From Trichoplax adhaerens (taxonomy: Eukaryota > Animalia > Placozoa), in NCBI RefSeq assembly GCF_000150275.1, contig NW_002060951.1:401088-465087 (forward strand): DNA of 64,000 nt, read 5' to 3'. The position numbers and the translations under genes are program-made. Of this stretch, positions 40,807 to 54,157 are shown piece after piece. Every line of letters begins with the position of its first letter. The first letter of the stretch is position 1. The notes beneath the pieces were generated by a model. The model had not been told where the DNA came from. It ran no database searches and worked only from the letters and a program-made list of their open reading frames with translations.

Positions 40807-42965
40807 TCAATAGATACTATCAACATCTCCTAGATTGTTAGTCCATTGAACCAAAGAATCAACTTCTTTTTCCCAATCTTGGTCTTGGCTATCATAATTA
40901 GTTTTTGCAGGATTAGGTAGCATCTCACTTTCCATCAAAAACTCTACATTTGAAAATCCGAGTTAGATTGCCCATAAAAGAAGAACACAGTAAAGATTTC
41001 AATAAGCTATAAAAATAACCTTCAGTTTCTGCTGCATTTTCTTTTATATTTGATAAACCTAATTTCTTGGCTAGTTCTATTTTGGTCGCCTTTAACTCTT
41101 TTAAGGACTTTTGTTGCGATTTATGTTTGAATTGACCGTGAAATAAGCTATAATTTAATTATTTAAATAGAAAAATTAGAAAGCAAAAATTTTTCGTAAG
41201 GGAATGGCTTACGAAAATGCTACTGGTCAGTGCTCAGATCTATGATAATATCTTTGTAATACCTTGAACTTTTAGTCGTAGCCTCATTTGCTTTCGCTGA
41301 ATTTAAATCCATGTTTGTGTAATATTTATTAACTAAGAATTCAGCATCTTAATAAAAATTAAAAAGTTATCAGCATGGACAATATTGCCAAGAAATGACA
41401 TTACACTTATCTGAAAGAAAACAGTATGAACTAAAACGCTCAATTATTAAGATAAATTGCATCTATAGAAGAACAATAATATGTAATGATAACTAATAGA
41501 TAACATTATTACCACTATAATCTGGCTTAGAACTTGCGGTCCCTAAATACATCCATGTATTATAATATTGTTCGTATGATACATGACTATTTGATATCAA
41601 GTTTAAGGGCATATCGAATCGTGTATCATCAATCCTACGTTCTTCATCATGGTCTGGCTCTGGGAAAGGGGTCAGCCCATCTTAAAACAAATTCGTGTTA
41701 AGATTTTAAAATCATAGAAATATAAATTATGTTGATAGCGATATGAACGCAGGTAAATGATATTATAAGGGTACTTTCATGTCGAAAAATTGCAAATTCT
41801 AAATACGCTAATCAAACCTGCAACTCTTTTACTTGCTTCGACGCAATCCTTAACCATAGCTTCATAAACATCCTGTGAAGATTCAATAGCTCTGCAGGCT
41901 TCAATATTAACTGCATTATCTAACACTGGATTTGACAGCATAGTCTACAATGACAGTAAGATATCATTTCATTTAATGCTCAATACGATGCTATAAAATT
42001 GTTGTAAATTAATTAGACAATTTTATGGCATTACAATAAATAGTCTAGATTATAATCTATTTATAATAATCATTACAGAATTTTTAAATATTTATTCCTC
42101 TACTTAGCCGCTTAAATTAAAATAAAATCAGCAGTAATAGGGTAGCATTGAGCTGAATTCGATGCCGATACCTGAAGGGTTTGAAGAATATATTTAATAT
42201 CGTATTTATCGCTCCAAAGGGATTCATCGTCAAGAAAATCGATACATGGTCGCCCGGTTTGCATATCCACTACGAATATATTAGAAGGAATAAAGGCGAA
42301 AATTACAGTTTGCATCATTTTAATTAAATGTCTTTGGTTTTATTCTCTTAATCTTGATGACATCGTATTAAACTTTAAATTTTGGATATTACATTACCAT
42401 TTGGATGAAATGGAATGGTATGAAACAACAGTCTCGGAGGCTTTACATTGTAATTTTCGCTAAAATATAATAGTACACGGAATATGCCTCCTGATGTCAT
42501 GTTTAAAGTGGGCAAGAAGTATAGTCAATCGCTGTTTTAAATAGATTTATTATTGAATAACAAAAACGTCATGTATTTTAAGAAGAATGTTAAAAAGTGG
42601 TAACATAATTTATTACTTCGAAATATTTACAGCAGAAGCATTAGTGTAAGTTTGACTACCTTAAAACTGTATACCGTTAATTTCATCTATACTATGGAAT
42701 ATGGTATTTTACCTTCCCAAATAGTATCGTTTAAGCCACGAACGATTGCTGACCACAAAAACATGTCATTGGTGTTCAAGGGAGCGGCCGAAATACCCTT
42801 ATTAGAGAAAGCATAAACTTTGTAAGTCAACGATATATTTATCAATACATGACGAAGGTAGACTTATATATTTATTGAAGTATGAATTTGTAGTATTACC
42901 CAAATCGGACGCCTTTGCAACAGCATGTACTCTCGATCTAATAGTAAATACGCACGGGAGTGCAT
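40807..42965 (-). CDS. UBE2U: Ubiquitin-conjugating enzyme E2 U-like with a long C-terminal extension
   Basis: Exons 42965-42900, 42797-42713, 42490-42398, 42269-42172, 41944 onward, and further exons to the stop at 40807. N-terminus MHSRAYLLLDRE, IPFHPNVDMQTGRPCIDFLDD (HPN and catalytic Cys) and LQTMLSNPVLDNAVNIEA are characteristic of UBE2U. Confidence 0.88.
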
Positions 42966-43464
42966 GCCGATTTCAGTTCATTCCTTAGATGATAAAATAA
43001 TTTCGTATCCTATCAAGGTCGCAGGTTCTGGTTCAATACCACCGTAGTCTATAGCTGCTGTATAGTAAGAAGTTAAATATGAAAGGTTAAATATAGGTAA
43101 GCAGTCTGTAGAATGTCTATCTCCTTAAGGATGTTGTATAAGTTAGTCATACTACTAAAGTAACCAGTACAATAATTCTGAACTAGGTAATAGATTCGTT
43201 AAGTCTTAATGGCAGCTAAAGCAATCCAGAACGATACTGCAAAGTATAGCTGATAGGCAAATAAAACAAAATACTGTAATTACAAATGCATTATGAGTTG
43301 ATACATAAAAGTAATAACATGAAGAAAATGTCGACAATATTACCTATCTATTGACTAAACCTTTCGATATATTAATTATCGCAATGTGTCAAAATTAATT
43401 AACATCCGATTTCATTATCTTAAAACCAGCTATTACTATTATTTAAAATGTTCAAAGGATCTAC

Positions 43465-43503
43465 ATGATACAGTAATATGATACAGTAATATGATACAGT
43501 AAT
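43465..43503. repeat. 13-bp minisatellite (atgatacagtaat)x3
   Basis: Three perfect copies; each contains one TACAG. Confidence 0.9.
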
Positions 43504-44526
43504 AAAAGTATAGTATGTTTCTATTTGCGATAATTCTACAATAACTTTTAAACTATTAATAGGGTTAGCGCCGTATTAGAGTATTTCAACTTTAGATTGA
43601 TTACTGTAAATTTGAAATGCTATTATGCTATACTTATAGTTGCTAAAAAGATTACCTTGTATTGCTTATTTATGCATTCTCAGTATGCAGATATAGTAAG
43701 CAATAGTATAGACTCATTGCAGAATGTTAGCTTTATAAATATGCTGAGTATGAAAGTGACAGTAACAATGTAAGTTAAAAGTACAAGTATAGTACATGAA
43801 GCACAGTGAGAGAGGGGTCAAGTAATTTTAGTAGCACGCTAATCTTATTTTAGGTTATGATCATAATATCGGTACATAATAAATTTAGAACCATTTATAG
43901 CGAAGCAAATATATCTGTAGCCAACTATTTCAATTGTATATTTTATTATTTTGATTGAAAGTTGAACCGACATGTCTTCAGTTTGCTAATTCAATCATCA
44001 TAAATAGTGAGTCATATCTCTAATACAGTATATTAATGTATGCAAGAAAACTGGTCCATGTTTAGTAGTTCCATATCATACACGCTGTTGATGTAAGCTT
44101 TCCAGTAGAACGGCTGCTATACGAGTATACGCGTAGTTGTATCGATTAAGCTATTACCGTTATTGAGATAATGTACTGGTCAACTTTTTACTTTTGAACT
44201 TATTATCTGTTGTTGTTGATTAAAAGAGTCAAGACTATCGTTTTAGAGTATACTATTGGCACTTACACGATTATCAATTCTATGATCCAACAAGATACTT
44301 GAGTTCATCGATGGGAACAATCATCACCCGTATGTGTACCGTATTAGCAGTCGTATCAGTTAGCCAATGGTATCATTTTATAGTAAGCGAAAGATTTTAA
44401 GATATATGAGAAGAATACGTGTCTACGCATGTACCTCTTTAAAACTCATCAATGATAATTCCACATCGAGTAAGTGACAATCCCGTACCTATGTCATGTT
44501 TGCAGGCATTCATGACCATCGAGATA

Positions 44527-44625
44527 TCCAAATTTTTTTCTATCTCTACATATATTCACTATGGCAACGTACATCCGTTGCCATAGTTAACATATGTAGA
44601 GATAGGAAAAAAAAAAAAAATTGGA
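44527..44625. repeat. Long inverted repeat (hairpin) with RFX X-box-like cores
   Basis: Arms ctatctctacatatattcactatggcaacg and cgttgccatagttaacatatgtagagatag (28/30 paired), 6-nt loop, extended by tccaa-T-run and A-run-ttgga. Confidence 0.85.
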
Positions 44626-44679
44626 ATATAGTCTAACAGTACTGTAAGAAGAGGTTGCCTGACATTCGATAGACAGTAT

Positions 44680-44800
44680 TGTACTATAAAGTAATTGTGT
44701 ACCAAACTACAGTACATAGTACGAAATGTACTGTATTTGTACTCTACTGTACACTGTACACTGTACTGTACAGTAGATGACTCAAAAACGCGGGAAATCC
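44680..44800. promoter_or_regulatory. TACAG/CTGTA array plus E2F-like site in the UBE2U/SPICE1 divergent promoter
   Basis: ctgtacactgtacactgtactgtacagta at about 44747-44775, then GCGGGAAA at about 44790. A probable non-coding first-exon donor (G|GTAAGT) lies at 44951. Confidence 0.6.
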
Positions 44801-45297
44801 AAGTTGTCTAACCTGGAGAGGAACTGAATCGTAAAATTAGTGGTGCAAGGCTCCATGACAACTAGCAAGTAGAGCAGAAAGAGAGTCTGGAATGGTTAAT
44901 AACTGAATTCAATGTTGAATTAGTCCTGAATTTGATTCAGTTTTTGAACGGTAAGTTTCCAAACTGTATGCGAGCTTTCAGTTGGCAACTTCAATGTTGA
45001 AAATCACTGACTCATGTCGGTGTTTTGCATTATAATAATGAAAGATTCAGTAGAACTGAGGCAGTCACTAGCGGAATGAGATGCTGAAATAAAACAATTA
45101 AATAGTATAGTCCTGGCTAAAATAAATTTGCGTAGATATTCGGGCAATAAGGAGAATGGTAGTCATGAAACAAAGACTAAATACATAAAATGTTGGCAAT
45201 TTTCAACAGGATTAAGGTTACATTTATCACTTGGAACCCATCGCACACTGACGTAGACCGCATTGCATATTAAGGAAATCATCTTTATGCAGCAGTG

Positions 45298-48200
45298 ATG
45301 ATAGCAGGACCACCCCGGAGAGTAGCCGTGCATGAGCCTGTTCAAGACAAAAAGAATCAAGAACCAGTAGCTACCAAAAAGAAAAAAAAGAGGAAAGAAT
45401 GGGACGTATGTTAATTGCATAGCTCAATATGGATAGTATATTAAATGGAGTTTTAACTTCTTACTCAATTATGGAGCATCTATACCAATGCATGCAATTG
45501 CTTACAGTAGTAAATTTAACAGTACAATATCTTTATCGACACAACTAATACGATGATTTAGGCTAAAACGTTAGGTCCTACGATTACAAATCGATATTTA
45601 TAACTATCATAGAAACTACGCACTATGAGTCTACTGTCAGGTTTGTCCTCCCTGACATTAGTCTACGACACGACTCTAGATACTGGCGATCTCATATCGT
45701 CAGCAACAGTAAATACAACTAGTCTCTCTTAGACATAACTGAGCCCAAACTTTATTGAAAACTCATGAAAAGTCAGTCAATTTGTACATAAACATGAATT
45801 ACTATCAGTTTATAGGTAATATTACAAAACTATCTTATGGAATCTATGTAACGACAGCTACGTAAAAGTTACACCGTAACATCTACTTTAATAATTTTGC
45901 TACCATTGCTTATTTATTACAAAAGAATAGACGCTTGACGTGGTGAACTATGCCGTTAGTTTGTTACGTGAATAACTGCATGTAGTACGCACAATTTTAG
46001 TTATTTGCTAGAAATGAGATAGTCGTGCTTTGCTTTGATCTGCAGGTACTGCAGTACACGTATACGTGTAGATTGCTAATTATGGAAAAATAAATCATCA
46101 TCTAGATTCCATGAAAGTGCTTATTACAGCTTGAAAAGTTGTACTGATTGTAATCTTCATGCAAGGTGCAAACATGATTAATTTATCAGCCTATTTGAAT
46201 ATCGGAACTATCTTAACATCCCCTATGTTAAAACAAGTTTGAGTTAGCTATCAGTTTTGAAATGATGTAAAATCAAATGCCACCGGAACTTACCTCCTTT
46301 CCGATTTACTAATTTACTCTACTTTATCAAGATAGTTGCTTTTCTCCTATTGTAATTAGCTAATGGATTTGAACCCTTCTATTTTACAATTTAGAGTACT
46401 GTTTCCGACTTGTCCGTATATAAACTCTCCAAGGAAGAATTGGTAAGAAATACTTCTTATTTTAATATCATGCAGGCTGCAATCTCCAATGCTGTGCTTA
46501 CATAAGACAATTAATTGTTATCAATACGTTTACGAAATCGCGATATGAATTCGTACACATATCTTACGCTTATTTTATAATATTGTTGTTGTTTGTGTGG
46601 AGTATACCAAGTATGACTACTAACGATACTATAAACTATTGTTGACTTGTGTGCATTTGCATTGGTGTAAGTGATTATTTCACGATGCAGATACGCTATC
46701 GGATCCATGTGCTGGTAGTCATCATTCCCGGATTCGCAGTGATACTGTATTGTGTAAAGGAGTTACTAGAACTCTATTAGCTTAAGTAACGCTAGGATCT
46801 TTTAAAATGGAACAGATATTTTTATACTCTGGCAGCTTTATACTGTATGCTCTCCAATTTTTGTAGGCAAAAAGGCGGCAGCTATACCAATCACCAAATT
46901 GGTCCACTAGCCAAAGAAATAGTAAGGAATTATAACAAACTACAATCTATCTTAATTCTACTGGATAGTAGACAGTGTCAGCATATAAATATAATGAAAC
47001 AATAAGACAGATTTTACATTATTAACCATAATTATTCGATGACTATGTAATTTCGTAAAAGAGGAAAGTACTAGCACTATTCATGCTTACTGTAATTCTT
47101 AGATATTCATGTAATTGTTATTTTGAATTTTCACAGCTTTCATGGATGAATCTAATACCTCACGACTTAGTCAGTTGACTCCTGATGGACGAGACACAAA
47201 AAAAGCGGTTGTTATGAAAGAAATTTTACATCGAAATGATAAGGTGGTTTGGGTCATAAAATCAACAGTTAATAGGATCCGTTTGGGTTATCGTTGACTC
47301 TGTGTATAGCAATTGTAGGCGATAAGATCAGAAATGGACAGTATCTGAGTAATATCTAATGTTTAATATTCTAAATTAGCTACAAAATCTTCTTGAAGAA
47401 TCGGATAGGGCAGTAAATGTCATAAAAGACTTATTTGGAGATCATCCTCGAGTAAGTTAATCGTATTTGTACGGTTTCTTTTATGAGTAGTGCCTGTCCA
47501 CGGTATGTTATACTTGTCTTGATAAGAGAGAAAGACTGAGTTAATGGGATAAATGCTCTTATTGGAGCAATATCATCAGTACGATTCATTTCTGTAGGAC
47601 TTCAATGCTTTATACTCTTGTAAATAGGGCCTGTAAAAGAACGAGACAAGAGCCCATTCTTTATGTTCGTTGTTATAGTTATATGACAGGCATTAATACA
47701 GTATATGTAGATTCATTAATATTTAATCCATTTTTACGCTTTATGTACTTAGATGAATATAAATTGAATTCAATAGCTTGAGGTGTACAGTACATAGGGA
47801 AGGATCATTAGATATTTACCATGACAAAGTGATCTATGACATAGGCTAACATTTCTTTGTGATTGAAAGTCGAAAATTTGTACGGATCTTTTTGGTTGCT
47901 GTGGCAGTAAATTTGTTACTACTGTTTTTTATTTACGCATGTTAGTTTACAGTGCTATATGAATCTATGTCTTTTTCTACTTATACTTATATTCCGATCC
48001 TTTCCGTATGCAGCGTTTCATAGCATTCCCAAATGTTACGGCAGCGCCGGAGAATCAGGAATTAGATCATAACAGGTTGGTGACACTTTTACTCCATTAC
48101 TACGTATAGTAATGTGCTACTTCGATTTGAACTTTACACATGCGCATGGCATTTAAATACTGTATAAATATGTATTGCATATTTCGGCACTCTTTAGTGA

Positions 48201-50055
48201 TGGTCATCTAAGAAATAGCATAGTTGTTCAACCTGAAGAGCCACCGACGCGACTTTCTACTTTAAGTCAGTCCGTAGTCAATACTCCGGCAATAAACGAA
48301 GCCATTTCAGGTCTACTCATCTCAATGAAAGATTTAACACATTTCGTTTGTTTAAATTTTCATCCGTTTGATAAATTTTACAGTGGCTGATGACGATCTG
48401 CCTGTTAATGATAAAGAAACTAATGATACTGTCAAAGATACCTTACTAGATAGTATACATTCTACACAAAATTATACTAAGAAAGGTAAAGTTTGATAAT
48501 TTTCACTTTTCACCGTTTTATCGTATGGAAACTTCTTAAATTTCTATTTGTCGGTACCTAATGATCCAAACTTCCATGCAGATGTATCTCGTTGTTATTA
48601 GAGTACTTGACATGCAATCATTTAAAATAGTTAATCATGTTTGATTTTACCATGAAAATTTGTCTGAAAGGGGATAAATTGGCCGAAAATATCGTAAATA
48701 ATGATAGAAATGGGGACGATTTTGCAGAAAGTAGTTTAATTGATGATGGCACAAAGGACCCTATCAATCAGCGAGGTAAAATATCTAGTTTAGATGAACT
48801 TAAAAGAGTAGTTAGCGAAATCGAAACAGAAATCGGGAATTATGAAGAAGAAATTGGCGATGTAATTAGCGTAAAATCAAATGCTCAGGTACGATCAGTG
48901 CGCTTCTTAGTACTTTCTTCTACAGTCTGTTTCTTATGCAGAAATTGAAACTATTTCTAATGATAGAATTTCCTCCTAGGTTACAGGGTTTAGCGGATAT
49001 ACTGCCGCATTATTGAATACAATTCGCCGTCTAGTTAGGCATCTTCGAGAGGTTGACAAATTGACATAATTGCTTCTACATCTTAAGTTAATAAATCGTA
49101 GTTTCACAACAGGATTTGTACAACTGATATGTAAAGAGACTCTTGAAGGTGCGATAATCAGAATTTCTGTTTTAAAGATGTAATATTTATTCATTACCAT
49201 TATAGCGCGATAAACATTTAAAGAGAGAAATTGAAGAACGTAATAGACTATTGAATTCTGTAGACGAACAGAGGATATTAATTAATGGGTTGACTGCGGT
49301 AAGCTCCTATGCGATTATAGGAATACTCCAAGAAACTGTTAGCATTATTTTTTGACATTCGCTAAGATTGGTTATATTATTTATACTATTTTTGAAAAAG
49401 GATATTCTTCGCACTCAAGAAATTTGCAAATCGATGCAGTCTTCATTTGACCAATATAAGTTAGAATCTGAATTACAAATTACTCATCTGCAGGTAATTA
49501 TTGCATAAAGTTTGTACATGCTTTCGAGTATTGCTATGACACTGAATGGAATTATTACATAGAAAGAACTATACGCTGTTTTGAAAAGTCGTGAGTATCA
49601 GTGTGTAACAAATACTATCGAACGCTTATACGAAACAACCCGCAAACCTATTGATGTAAATGTAGCTTCTACTGCCAAGCAAGATATATACTCAGGTAAA
49701 TAATGATATTCTAAGATTTTATTTTTTATCAAATAATTAGAATCTGTACTGTCTATATTTGTATGATTTATTCATTGGCTTGCCATGCATCGCTTGTTTT
49801 TTCGATACTTTAAAAAAAGTTTCTAATATTTTAACCCTGAATCTGTTTTGCGTGTATCGGAAGCTGTTAGTGTAAATGCTGCAATATAAAGGTTAATAGT
49901 AAGTACTGAAATTTAATGTTCTTATTCTAACAGGGTTAGCAGAGCTAATCAGCGGTAATGCAAACGGCGATTTTTCTTATTTGCCCCTTCATGAAAAGCC
50001 TGACCAACAGTTATTCGCTCTCGCTGATGTTGAATCTGATGATAAAGTATTGTAG
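45298..50055 (+). CDS. SPICE1: Spindle and centriole-associated protein 1 (CCDC52)
   Basis: Exons 45298-45405, 46395-46442, 46867-46921, 47137-47243, 47380-47451, 48014-48075, several further coiled-coil exons, last 49934-50055. Motifs in SPICE1 order: KKKKKRKEWD|STVSDLSVYK..EEL, VVMKEIL, LQNLLEESD..IKDLFGD, FPNVTAAP, C-terminal LFAL. Confidence 0.82.
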
Positions 50056-53050
50056 GTCTATGTACGAGCAATTTTTGACGAGTACTAGTATCATTCTCGT
50101 CCCAAAACACCAGAATTTAACTAATTTGACCTATACATATGCATTACCAAATAGTGTAAAATCGACCTGACTTTTTATTAAATCCTTTTAGAAATTGTAG
50201 AGAAATAAAGTATGAGGACTCGTCGCCTTGCCCTTGAAGATCGTATTCGGCGTTCTGTATCGCATACTATTTCGACAATTAACTGTTATTTTAAAGGAGG
50301 TGACTATTTTACGGAATTCGTCTGCTTTATATATATATGTACAACCTATTACGGAGATTCTGATTCTCATACAGTTATTGTAATTTAACTTATTGTAAAT
50401 ATTCCCTTAATGGGTGAACTTATTATTATACTCGATTGTCCGCATCATATGAGAACTTATTATTTTACTTAAAGAACTACAACATTTTATTATTAATTCA
50501 GGTTGATTTGACTAAATTACGATCACTTCAATTACTATATTGTCTTAGCCTCGTGCTTTGAGAGAATTTATTATAGCCAGGTGTTAGTTGTAGGCAGGAT
50601 ATTCGGCAATCGATTAATGCTCGCAAATTTTATTGTCTTCTTAATTTCTCGTCTAACTTTGTACAGTATAGTAATATAATAATCTCTTTACAGGAATTAC
50701 TTACTAGCGTAGAAAACGACTACTTTATTAGCCTAGTCTTTTGATGTACACCTCTAATTTTAATAAAATGTCGCACTGTTTATTGAGATACGATTGCTTT
50801 AAAGTAATCTATGATTACCGTATATCAATGATCACCATGGTGCCTTCATAGCTGCTTTAGCGTTTACTATAAGAATTATGGTATTATTTCCTCCTACAAT
50901 GCACTGAAAATTTGTGTTCTAGCTCGTTATTATACTCATATACATAACTAAACAGTCAGGTAGACATAATCTTAGGTACCATATGATTCGTAGATTTGGA
51001 TGCACTACGAGATGGCACGATAGTTTTCTAGTAAGAATTGATGGAATTGACGAAGTATATTTATAGATTGTTTTGTTATGAATGAAGTAATTAGGTAGCA
51101 AAAACATGTAAGGGTCTTTTATGATTTTAATTGGCTTATCACCAAACTACGTTACTTGCTGTATGTAAATTAGGATATTAAAGAGAAGTAGATAAAGATA
51201 GCTTTTTACAAGCAGTGCATCCAATCGAGAAATGCGAATGATACCAAGAGTTTAACTAGGGTCGGGAAATCGGATATTGATCGTTATATCTATGACTAAA
51301 CTAATAAAATAATTATAAAAATGATCATTCCAGATGAAAATTTTGTCAATGAAGATTGAAAATTCAGTACATATCGATATTGTAATAACAACAATGTCAA
51401 GCGGAGACTAAAATGTCTTTTTGTACTGCCGCTATAGTCGAGCATAATGACTGGGTCAATAGCTGCCGGATGGAAACCTTTATTACTACTATCATCTTGT
51501 CTATCAATATATTAGTTTTAACGCCGGGTCATTAATAGAAATTTTGAAATAAATATGTATGCAATGTAATAATTTACGCCACGCTAGGATGTATTGATAT
51601 TGGTCGTCGTTTAACATGACCGATTGCGTATCGTTTCACTTGTATATAAGTACGGTAGCTTAGGAGTCATAATGATAAGTATTTGCTATTCATGTATGAA
51701 TATTACTAATAAAGTCGCGTTATTGTGACTAGAGGAGCAATACTAGATAACTATAACAACATTATCACAGCAAATAAAGTTGAGAAAAGATCGATTTCTG
51801 AAAGATTATGTTAAGTTAAAGATAGTATCTTCAAGGTTTGCAATACATCATTGCATAGTAAATTAATAATGCATCTCTAATTTAAGTTTCATTTTTACAC
51901 TGGTAATAAAACTCTATATACTCAAGTAAGAGGCTAATACTTTCCATTACAATAGAATAATTCAATGAATTCATAGATGGCTTAATTGAGATTAATCAAC
52001 GTTAAAATTGTAGGCTGTAGAATGATAAGATAAATCTGTCATACCGGAGTCTAAAATACAGAAATAATTTATAATATTGACAGGTTAAAATAGATTAAAA
52101 CTTCCCGTTAAGTTCTCTATAATAGCTACAATCTGTTCCGACAAATGCATAGAATTTACGATACCACCAACGCAGAGAGAGAATACTTCTTCCATTCGGT
52201 ATTGAAAATTGAAGCTTCCTATTGAGTACCGTCGTCGATTAAGTAGTACGATAGAATATAAGTTGATCACTTTATTGTCAATGACTTGATAAAGTAGTTA
52301 AGCTTTAACTATGCTCCAATGCACAAGCAAAGTAAATAAAATTTTATTGCTGTGATTTGGCGATTGCTGTCATAACTGCATCAGTGTCATTTATTCGCAA
52401 AATAAGATAGCCATTGAAGATCACGCCATCTATCAATAATTTAAAATTAAAGTTGTTAGGTGATTGTATTTAATTAATAATTGTGTTTAAGCAGTCTATT
52501 AGTCTTAGAAAAAATATACAGTATTTTCAGTTTTAGCTGGAATGTTTATTTGAGTACTCACTAAATTGAAACATGAGTAGATACTAAAGTACTGTAAAAA
52601 ATCAATAATTGTCCTCAAATTTTAAGCACTTGCATGGTGTTGCTATAGAGAAGAAAGATTTGCAAGCAGGCAACGGTTGAAAACTTCATATGTTTACGTA
52701 CGCATATAAAATAAATATAATAGCTACATAATATACAGAATGAGTACGCTATGGCTGAGGCTTACGCTAGTTTAATTAAAGAAATAAAAATTTCAATAAC
52801 CTAGAGATTACGGTGCAGTTTATTGGTATAATAGTATAAAATGTAATTGTATTTACTACAAATTCCTTTTATTTAATTAACAGATAAGCGTACAATTAAT
52901 GTGATTTAAACAACATAATTGTATGCAATCAAAATAATTTTAATGTAAAACTAAGGTATTATGTGAAAAATGTAAAAAAACTCGGACAGTGTAAAATTAT
53001 CCATAACGTTACGCTTTTTATAATGATAACAATATATTTACTAGCTTACC

Positions 53051-54157
53051 TCAAACGTAGGTTATTTTAGAACCATTAATATCTTTAATATCTGGAGATG
53101 ATATTTTAATTCCATTACTACTATTTAACCGCGATTTCCTTCTACGTCGTTCGTACTGTGAATTATTGGATGTTGAAAAAGAAATTGTACTTTTGAGATG
53201 GCGGCCAGCATCAGATTCGCACAAACCGCATAAAAAGTTACGAAAAGCACGACGAAAATGAGGATTAAATCGGTAACATATTAAAACATTGAAGGCACTA
53301 CATGTATATGTTGCTTGGCCAAGTACCAACCGGATTAAATACATACCCGAATTTGAATTGGTTTTAATAGCGTTAAAATTTAGCAAATTGAGAAATATCA
53401 TGTAGGGAAAGTATGTTATAAAGAATACAACTACAATAATTACTAACATTTTCTTCATTTGTTGCTTTAAATGATCGCTTTTTTTCTTACGACTATTTTT
53501 TATTTCTTTGGCTGGCCTTAATGATAATGCCATACGAATGTTAAAATAAGTAATACAGATTAATGGAGCAATTAACGCAACAATACTTGTTGCCAAGAAG
53601 TAGTAAGCGATAGCTGTTCTATCCCAATTTTGCAGACAATATGGTATTTCGATAAGCGCACCATTGAAGGTATAATTGTAATAAAGAACTTGAATATGGG
53701 CCATATATGGTGCTGCGAAAGCAAAAGATGCACACCAAATAATGGCAATAGATACAAAGCAATGGCCTAAATTAGGTGGTGGTAACAAAGAATAAGTTAT
53801 AATCCGATTCCTTGCGTAACTCATACATACAAGTGAATAAGCCGAAACTAAGACAGTGACGATACCAATAGACTGACTAAACTGACATAATCCAAGACCA
53901 AATGGCCATTGATTACTCATTTCCCATGCTGACAGAAAATTTAGTAATCCAGCAGTTAAGACGCGAACGGTAGTAGCGACACCATAATTAAAAAGCATAA
54001 TATTGGTGTAGTTCCATAAGCGACGATGTGTTGCAATTGTAAAGCAAATGACAAAATTACCAATAACTACTACTGTAATTACGAATATAAATGTAATTAT
54101 ATAGACAGTTCTCAATGTTAATTCGTAACTATTGGCTTGACTTTCATTACTGGCCAT
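53051..54157 (-). CDS. Class A (rhodopsin-like) 7TM receptor, peptide-receptor-like, single coding exon
   Basis: 368-aa ORF with seven hydrophobic segments, TM1 GN, ECL1 WPFG..LC, TM4 W..P, ECL2 Cys, TM5 PL, TM6 P and helix 8 N..FRRAF. A splice acceptor (TTTTTGCAG) lies about 50 nt upstream of the ATG. Confidence 0.93.
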   Translation of the reverse strand: MASNESQANSYELTLRTVYIITFIFVITVVVIGNFVICFTIATHRRLWNYTNIMLFNYGVATTVRVLTAGLLNFLSAWEMSNQWPFGLGLCQFSQSIGIVTVLVSAYSLVCMSYARNRIITYSLLPPPNLGHCFVSIAIIWCASFAFAAPYMAHIQVLYYNYTFNGALIEIPYCLQNWDRTAIAYYFLATSIVALIAPLICITYFNIRMALSLRPAKEIKNSRKKKSDHLKQQMKKMLVIIVVVFFITYFPYMIFLNLLNFNAIKTNSNSGMYLIRLVLGQATYTCSAFNVLICYRFNPHFRRAFRNFLCGLCESDAGRHLKSTISFSTSNNSQYERRRRKSRLNSSNGIKISSPDIKDINGSKITYV

